From Octopus sinensis (lineage: Eukaryota): 64,000 bases of DNA. Positions within the stretch are counted from its first letter, which is position 1, and each line of letters starts with the position of its first letter. The position numbers and the translations under genes are program-made. The DNA lies in NCBI RefSeq assembly GCF_006345805.1, contig NC_042997.1, positions 36,208,001-36,272,000 of the forward strand, written 5' to 3'. This document shows, piece after piece, positions 55,683 to 64,000 of the stretch. The notes under the pieces are model-generated. The model was given only the letters and a program-made list of their open reading frames with translations, had not been told where the DNA came from and ran no database searches.

Positions 55683-55969
55683 ATCACGTGACCGACCAGT
55701 CCATCAGATGTAGTTACACATCGCTGGTCACAATGCTTTCGCATTGTTTTAGCCTTTGAATGACGCCATCCCGCTGGCTAAGCGAGCAGGCCAACAGAAG
55801 AAAGAATGGGAGAAAGAGTGGTGAAAGAGTACAGCAGGGATCACCACCCCTTGCCGGAGGCTCGTGGAGCTTTTAGGTGTTTCCACTCACAATGCCCGGT
55901 CTGGGAATCGAAACCGCGTTCCTACGACCGCGAGTCCGCTGCCTTAACCACTGGGCCATTGCGCCCCCC
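55677..55969 (-). mobile_element. tRNA-derived SINE family D
   Basis: Minus-strand head GGCGCAATGGCCCAGTGGTTAAGGCAGCGGACTCGCGG..GGTTTCGATTCC with box A/B; CACGTGAT repeat tail; flanked by microsatellites. Confidence 0.75.
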
Positions 55970-55990
55970 ACACACACATACATATATATA

Positions 55991-56032
<42 letters not shown>

Positions 56033-57936
56033 AGTGTGTGTGTGTGTGTGTGTGTTTGCGTTTGTCCGTGTAAGTGTGTGCATACGTGTATGTCTGTCTG
56101 TTGGTACATGCGAGAAAGAAGGAATCCACCAAAACAAAATGCGATAACCCTGCTGAAAGATGGAGAGTTAATTTGATGTTATATAAAGCGGACTTTGAGG
56201 GAATACTAGTAAATAAATGGTGAATAAAAGCAAGAAGTGAAACAGTGAAACATGAAAACTTAAAATTGTAGCATTATTAAAGAACTAAAGAGAAATCTAA
56301 CAGTTCAATTGGGAAGTTACAATATCATGAGCTTATAATTATTTACAGCATTTGTATGGGAGGCGGTACACCAGAAAGGAAAATATTGTAATAGTTACTT
56401 TGTCTTTTTAGTACAAGTTTAATTCTACATTAAATTTGATTTAATAATGTACTACTAGAATTATTGCCATATGACAACAGAGAATGTGCTAGAAATGACT
56501 CTATTAGTTATATAAATTTGATAGCCGTGTGTATCATGTATCAAAGAAAAAATATTTCGTTTATTGTTATATTGGTTCATTAAAAGTTAGAAAGCTGTGT
56601 TTTGCTTCATTAAGCGATTCTACTTTCCGTTTGTATGTAATTATTTTAAATGGATAACAGAAACCATCATCATTAGTATATACAGTAGTATATTTGGATT
56701 TATGTATGGTATATACAGTTGAGAGTAATTAAATTATTTTCGTTTTCTAAGTGCATCAAAAAATAGTCATTTATGAAAGTATGCGCTTTTTTCATTAGAC
56801 ATTTATACATCATATTCTTTCTAATTATTATATTTTTCTTGTTTTAATATAAATGAAATGAAACAACAAAATATGATCTACGAACCCGAATTAATAATAT
56901 AATTAATATTGCAAATATAATTAATTGATATTTGTTTTGCAATTGCTTAAATTTACGCTCTTAATCAGACATCAGTTTCCATCTTCATAGAGTATGTTCT
57001 AAGTTGTGTTGCTCAAAGACAGGATGTGAGTGATTAAATAATACATTGGAGCCTAAATAAATTAGGTTGGCACAAGGTGTTTTCTAATTGGAAAGAAAAA
57101 AGGATTATTTTTTCCTCTTTCCTTTTTAATATCACTCATTAATTTCCAAACACGGTTATTTGTAAAAAAAAATAAATATAATAAAGATAGAGAAAAAAGG
57201 AAAGAAAGAAAAATGAAGGAAAGAAATAAAGAAAGAAAAAGAAAGGAAAATATCAAAAGAAAAGAAAGTGGGCTAAACAAACACTGTTGGCTATACGTTA
57301 AAAGAATAACCACCAATATTGATTTTTGACATTTGCACACCTCCATATATTTCAGGCGAGAAGTATCGTCGATTATATTGAATCTGTACATGATTGCCAC
57401 TTACATTATCGACTCTGAAGGGAGGAAATAAAAGGACAATGTTAACCAGATTTGAAATCAGTATTGAAAAAGAATTAACTAAATATCATATACTATACCA
57501 TTCGGCACGTTTAATGTAGCACTTTACGGTTTTAGCCTCTTCACTGCTATGAGTAACAATTTAAATTAGTTATCGAACATCCGCTCTACTAATATGCTAT
57601 AATCGTTACCACAGAATACAGATTTCAACATTGCCTCAATTTTATGTATTCAAGAACGAGCAAACAGGGAGTTAATTTGAACATCATAACTATTTTATTG
57701 AGTCCACAAGAGCGAAAATCAAAGAATGCCTTTGAAATTAGAACATAAGTGGACTTTCTATTATATTGAATGGCAGTTTACTCGATACTCGTGCAAATAT
57801 GTTGAATGGATCACTACACATTTTAAAAAGGAATATACTAAGCTTCATTTTTCAACCTTTGGCACAAACGTAGATTTTATTGACGATTATAGTGAATTAA
57901 AGTGGCTTTAGTTCTTGCCTGCTACATACGTCATCC

Positions 57937-58140
57937 CTGCAATGTATTCCCTCGGTCTCTTTTTCGGAATTGCTGCTTTACAAATAGTAAACACACTAAC
58001 AGTTTATTAGAGACAAAATCACACTTACATACATACAAATGTATATACATGTGTGTGTATGTATGCGACGAGCTTCTACACAGTTTCCATCTACTATAGT
58101 CATTCACAAATACAAAGAAGAAGGCAGTTTATTTTTATTT
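57937..58140 (+). repeat. About 190-bp local duplicate of 59990-60210 (decayed SINE A sequence)
   Basis: Shared CTGCAATGTATTCCCTCGGTCTCTTTTTCGGAA...GACGAGCTTCTACACAGTTTCC...AAATACAAAGAAGAA. Confidence 0.85.
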
Positions 58141-59011
58141 TAAGTGCAGTATTAAAAGAAAAAAAAATTTACATAGTGTATGTAGCACTAGGGCAACGAA
58201 TCAACGCCATCCAAAAGTATTAACCTTAATTGGCAGGGGAAGAGTGCATGCATATGTGTAACAAACGATAAAATTTCTATTCTCGTTATCCAAAATTTTC
58301 TAAAATGATGTGAACGTAAATGTAGTTTGCGATATCCGTATTCTCGTTGGGCAACGAATGTACAAAAGGAGATAAATCGGTGGGCTTTTACCATTCAAAG
58401 ATTGTAGATGCATCGCATTGTTCTGTGCTATCTAAAACATTATCATCTTTATATAACATATTTGATAATGAAAGAAAATCACAAAAATGAAACAACTTCA
58501 TCGCATTGTAAATCTTCAATATAAGTGAAGATTATATACAATAGTGGAGTATATAAAAGCAAATTATTTAGATATGTATTTTCTAAATATTGCATATATT
58601 ATATAGACATAAGCTTCAGAAATAGGATTCTTGTAATGTAGCAAATATGTTTCAGACATTAAAATTCGTATAGAAATATTTAAAGACATTATTCTCAAGG
58701 CAAAACTTGCAGCTGGATATTGACATCCAGATTATTACAATTAATTTAAAATGTATTTGTATAAGGCAAACGATAATGAAAAATCAAACTGTTTGCTTCA
58801 AGACAGAAATTTTAATGTACATGCAAAACGTGTACACGAAGCTGCTACATACAAGCAAACACAACGTACGTATATATTTCTTTCAACATATATGAATATG
58901 AGAGGGTAAGTGCTTTCATCTGACGCAGTGAAAGAAGCAATTTAGTCAAAAATGATATTGTATTGTAGCAGGTGAGTTAAAATGCAAGCTCTGCATGTAT
59001 ATATGTATGTA

Positions 59012-59042
<31 letters not shown>

Positions 59043-59051
59043 ATGTATGTA

Positions 59052-59194
59052 TCGGCAAAAGAGACCGATAGAATAAGTACTGGGCTTACAAAAGAATAAG
59101 TCACGGGGTCGATTTGCTCGACTAAAGGCGGTGCTCCAGCATGGCCGCAGTCAAATGACTGAAACAAGTAAAAGAGTAAAAAGAGTAAAAGAGT
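59052..59194 (+). mobile_element. SINE family A, 3' part
   Basis: TCGGCAAAAGAGACCGATAGAATAAGTAC...AAAGAGT tail. Confidence 0.8.
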
Positions 59195-59635
59195 ATATAT
59201 ATATATATATATAAAGGGGTTTGTATGATTGTGTATAGAATGATATATATTTTTCAAAGGAATCGCAAATCTGTTTTTTAAGTTTTATTTATATTCTTTA
59301 AAATATTAATGTGGAATATAGAATATATAGTATAAATTAGTATATATATAGTAAAATGAACTGAAGTATTGATTGTCTTATTGAACAGATGAAATATTAA
59401 ATATAAAATATTAAGGGAATAGTGTACTTTCTTGCATTAAAGCAGTTTTGAATGTCCCAGGTTTTTACAGGAGTGTTTCAACTGTGTATATATATCGGGT
59501 GGGTATAAATTTTTGAATTTTATAATCCTATATTCTATGCCGAAAATACTCAAGACCCTTTATGTATGAATTCGGCTCTTGCCATACCTCAAGTGAATTT
59601 CTCCAGTGTCGATAAAGTAAAGAGCCAGTCAAATA

Positions 59636-59800
59636 TGTATTTCTTTACTACCCACAAGGGGCTAAAAACAGAGGGGACAGACAAGGACTGACAAAGGAAT
59701 TAAGTCGATTGCATCAACCCCAGTGCGTATCTGGTACTTAATTTATCGACCCCGAAAGGATGAATGGCAAAGTCGACATCGGCAGAATTTGAACTCAGAT
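59636..59800 (-). mobile_element. SINE family B, 3' part
   Basis: Reverse complement of about 61310-61460. Confidence 0.8.
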
Positions 59801-60767
59801 ATGAGCGGTCAACAACACTGAGTGTTCACTTCCCTCAAACGTGCTGGTTTCCTGCTAATGCTAAAATGTTTTTATTGCTGATTTTTTTTTATTTGCTGCA
59901 GTGGATGAACCGTGACCATGCTATGGAACCGTCGTTAAGAGATTTTCTACAACAAAAGGACCCCAGTATTGCTTACCGCTTACCTCACTCTGCAATGTAT
60001 TCCCTCGGTCTCTTTTTCGGAACTGCTGCTTTGCAAATAGTAAAAACTCTAACAGTTTATTAGAGACAAAATCACACTTACATACACTGAGATGTATATA
60101 CATGTGTGTGTATGTATGCGACGAGCTTCTACACAGTTTCCGTCTACTACAGTCATCCACAAATACAAAGAAGAATGTACTTATAGATGACAAGCAGTTT
60201 ATTTTTATTTATTTTTTTTTTACCAAACGGCAATCTTACGGAAACGTAAACAAAGAAACACATAGTGACAAATGTGGGGATGTGTAACAGACAAAAGCAA
60301 AGATATATACATCTATACATGTGTGTGTATGTATATGCATGTGTGTGCATGCATACATGAATTTGTACGAAGGGTTTTCGCTCGGGTTATGTTTACCTAG
60401 TTCACCAAAATCTATTATTCGTCTCGGGAGTATAATTGAATACACTTTCACAAAATGTCGCTCAGATGCTGAACTCAAAACAACGTAGTATCAAAGTGTG
60501 ATTGTTAACCGTATGGTCATACCTATCCTAGTACTAAACAAATGGAAATACATGTGTATCCTGTGTGTAATCTTACGTTTAACATATACGAGTTTTCAGG
60601 GACGAAATCATTTGCCGCTGCATTTCAGCTTCTATAAATGAGAAAGGATTATATGTCGGGAAATAACAAATTTATTTTTGCTTTCCAATTTTATTATTTT
60701 CTTACTAATTTGATGAGGTAAAGCAATCTTTCAGGTTCTGTTTATACTTTATGTATAATATATATAT

Positions 60768-61170
60768 ACTCTTTATCTCATTAGTCTTTTACTTGTTTCA
60801 GTCATTTGACTGCGGCCATGCTGGAGCACCGCCTTTAGTCGAGCAAATCGACCCTAGGACTTATTCTTTGTAAGCCTAGTACTTATTCTATCGTTCTCTT
60901 TTGCCGAACCGCTAAGTTACGGGGAAGTAAACATGCCAGCATCAGTTGTCAAGCGATGTTGGGGGGACAAACACAGACACACAAATACGCACACTCACAC
61001 ACACACACATATATATATATACATATATACGACGAGCTTCTTTCAGTTTCCGTCTATCAAATCCACTCACAAGGCTTTGGTCGGCCCGAGGCTATAGTAG
61101 AAGACACTTGCCCACGGTGCCACGCAGTCGGAGTGAACCCAGAACCATGTTGTTGGTTAGCAAGCTACTT
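60768..61170 (-). mobile_element. SINE family A, nearly full length
   Basis: Near-identical to 3219-3612. Confidence 0.85.
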
Positions 61171-61207
61171 TATATATATATATATAATATATATATATAT
61201 AATATAT

Positions 61208-61241
<34 letters not shown>

Positions 61242-61455
61242 AGGCGAGCTAGCAGAAACGTTAGCACGCCGGGCGAAATGCGTAGCTGTATTTCGTCTGC
61301 CGTTACGTTCTGGGTTCAAATTCCGCCGAGGTCCACTTTGCCTTTCATCCTTTCGGGGTCGGTAACTTAAGTACCAGTTACGCACTGGGGTCGATGTAAT
61401 CGACTTAACCCGTTTGTCTGTCCTCTCAGTGTTTAGCCCCTTGTGGGTAGTAAAG

Positions 61456-61460
<5 letters not shown>
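61242..61460 (+). mobile_element. SINE family B (tRNA-like head plus Meta/MESC-like domain) inserted in (TA)n
   Basis: GGCGAGCTAGCAGAAACG..GGTTCAAATTCC head; GCCTTTCATCCTTTCGGGGTCGGTAA..AGTACCAG conserved central domain. Confidence 0.8.
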
Positions 61461-61509
<49 letters not shown>

Positions 61510-61539
61510 TATATATATGAAAAACAAATTTAAGGCACG

Positions 61540-61609
61540 ACAAGCATATCAGTTCATTTAAATTAGTTTAATGCTGAAGCGGAGTAATAAGCAATAATAA
61601 TAATAATAA

Positions 61610-61640
<31 letters not shown>

Positions 61641-61746
61641 AATAAAAATAATAAATAATATCAACAAGAATAATAAAAATAAAGATGATAAAAACGGCTC
61701 ACTTTGCTTCAGCATTAAACCAATTTAAATGAACTGATAAGCTTGT
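61540..61746. repeat. 41-bp inverted repeat enclosing a (TAA)n tract
   Basis: 61540-61580 vs 61706-61746, 2 mismatches. Confidence 0.9.
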
Positions 61747-63127
61747 ACTGATTTGATTTTGCTTTTCTCTTAGTTAAATTATACCTACTGGCTCGAAGGT
61801 AAGCTCCCTACTTCACTGTGGCGACCACAACTCCAGCCCCCGTTATGAATTAGAATCCTAGTAGCTAATCAGCGGGAGCGCTCACACTGCAGACTTATTA
61901 GTTTAGGTTAACAGTGACCTCAACTATTCTTTTTCTGTATATGTGTATGTGTGTGTGTGTATGTGTTTGTGTGCATGTGTGCATCATCTTAATGTGTATA
62001 CGTTATTGATTATCTCAATTACCGCATTATTTGTCTAGAGATAACATCTCTCATGGAATTGTAGTGTGAAAAGCACAATAATTGTCAGAAAGAGAGAGAG
62101 AGAGAGAGAAAGAGAGGGAGAGTGAAAGACAGAGAGAGCGCGGTGAGTAAAGAAAGAAAGAGAGAGAGAGGAGAGAGAGAGAGGGAGAGACGAACATGTG
62201 TTCAAGGACCAGCTAGTGACTGCGCCAGATGTATATTGTCATTTTGGGATCTTTTCAATCGGACGTAGTCGTGCGCAAGGGGGTCGCAAATCTGTATTCA
62301 TTAGACTTCATTCTTATTGCCTAATTTCTAATTTTGTACAGAGAGTAGGACTAATTGATATGGAGCCGAATAATTATATCGACGTACTGAGGCAAATATA
62401 ATGTAGTCAAATTTCGTATAAATATGCAGCCCAAAATAATCACCCTCTCAATTCCTATCACCGGACTCAGCTATCCTACAAAACGTAATAGGTGTTGATT
62501 TTCCTCTTGAGAATAAGCCATGTTTCAGAAAAAGATGGCTTACGTTATTCATGTTTCACTTTCCAAATTTCGCCTCAGCACAGTTTTCTTGGATTTCTCA
62601 CCAACAATCACATACAGCAAAACTCTTATCGGATGTCAAATACGCGGAATCAATATTTGTAAGACAAAATGTCTCGTGGTATTGAGCGACGACGGTAGGC
62701 TGCGAATTTAAATCCCAACGAGTTAAACATTATCTTCTACTCTTCTGACTATTCATGAAGTAGTAGACGTCTATGGACAGGATCGATATGATTGATCAAC
62801 TCAAAAATATATTATATTGTGTCTCGGTTCTAGAAATACTTGATCTTTCATAGTTTTTCCTTCACATGCTTTATGAAATTCTATAGAAAATTGGGGAGAT
62901 GTACTTGCATAGCAAATGACCTGATCTGAGATCGTGTGGTGAAACGTATGTGTAGATGTATGTGTATTTTAGCGTGCGTGTGTATGAGTGTGTACGTGTG
63001 TATGCATGGGTTGTGGCAGTGTATGTGTGCGTATGCCTGTGTATGAGTGTGTGCATACATGCACGTATACGTATATGTGTAGATATATCTACAAATTATA
63101 TATATATATTTATATGTATATATATAC

Positions 63128-63241
<114 letters not shown>

Positions 63242-63317
63242 GATGTATATGTCTATGTATAATAAAACAGAAAAAACATTTGAATTTTAACCGTTGTTTG
63301 CGAAAATAGTGTCTTAT

Positions 63318-63389
<72 letters not shown>

Positions 63390-64000
63390 TGTGGGTGTGT
63401 ATCTAGATGGTTAAACGTATATAAGTAATGTGTATACTTTAAGTTTGAGTGTTTATTCGTGTGTACATGATTTTGTGTGCTTCTACATATATATATGTAT
63501 GTACGTATATATTTGCATTTACGTATCTAAAACATTGTATCCATTCAACGTTTAACGGAGGTGAGACACTCACACACATTTCTATATATGCAACCTTCGA
63601 CAGTGTAACAATCATATATAGAGCTTGAACAGACACACATATGATACATAAACATGCCTTCACATGTACATACACACATACAAACACACGCAGACACGTC
63701 TATACACCTACCTAAATAGTCACATGCATACATGAGTACATGCGTACATACATGTATATATGCGTATATGCATGCAACCATGTATAAACATGTACATCTA
63801 TGCATACGCACATACTTACATGCACACATACATACATACGTACATATATACATACATCCATACTTACTAACTGTTACTTTCTCAGATGTCGCACGTAATT
63901 TTGTCAGTGAAAAAAAATAGTTGCGGTCTCAAAGCGACGAAAATATTTTGACAGATTAAATTTAACTTTTGAAGTGAATCTAACGGCTTGTGTGTGTTTA

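Noticed and set aside
55880-55965. tRNA-like sequence with box A and box B
   Set aside because: It lacks a complete acceptor stem and continues into a SINE body, so it was called a SINE head rather than a tRNA gene.

Overview
AT-rich, microsatellite-dense eukaryotic intergenic or intronic DNA. The SINE families and (TA)n/(TAA)n/(TATC)n load resemble an octopus (coleoid cephalopod) genome; this is inferred from repeat content and not verified. I found no intact host protein-coding gene. Nearly all ORFs in the supplied track are translations of simple repeats or SINEs. The window is mostly decayed transposons: at least four tRNA-derived SINE families, mariner, hAT and Helitron remnants, CR1/L2, RTE and R4/Dong-type LINE fragments, and possible gypsy and DIRS remnants. 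The most notable signal is five near-canonical minimal type I hammerhead ribozyme motifs read directly from the sequence (6236+, 17987-, 19812+, 23956-, 25286-), plus decayed copies. They sit in Penelope-like or retrozyme-like elements next to microsatellites and are repeatedly accompanied by short fold-back inverted duplications. The best case is a non-coding 354-nt-unit partial tandem with a hammerhead and a target-site duplication (23762-24340), a candidate retrozyme/circular-RNA element.
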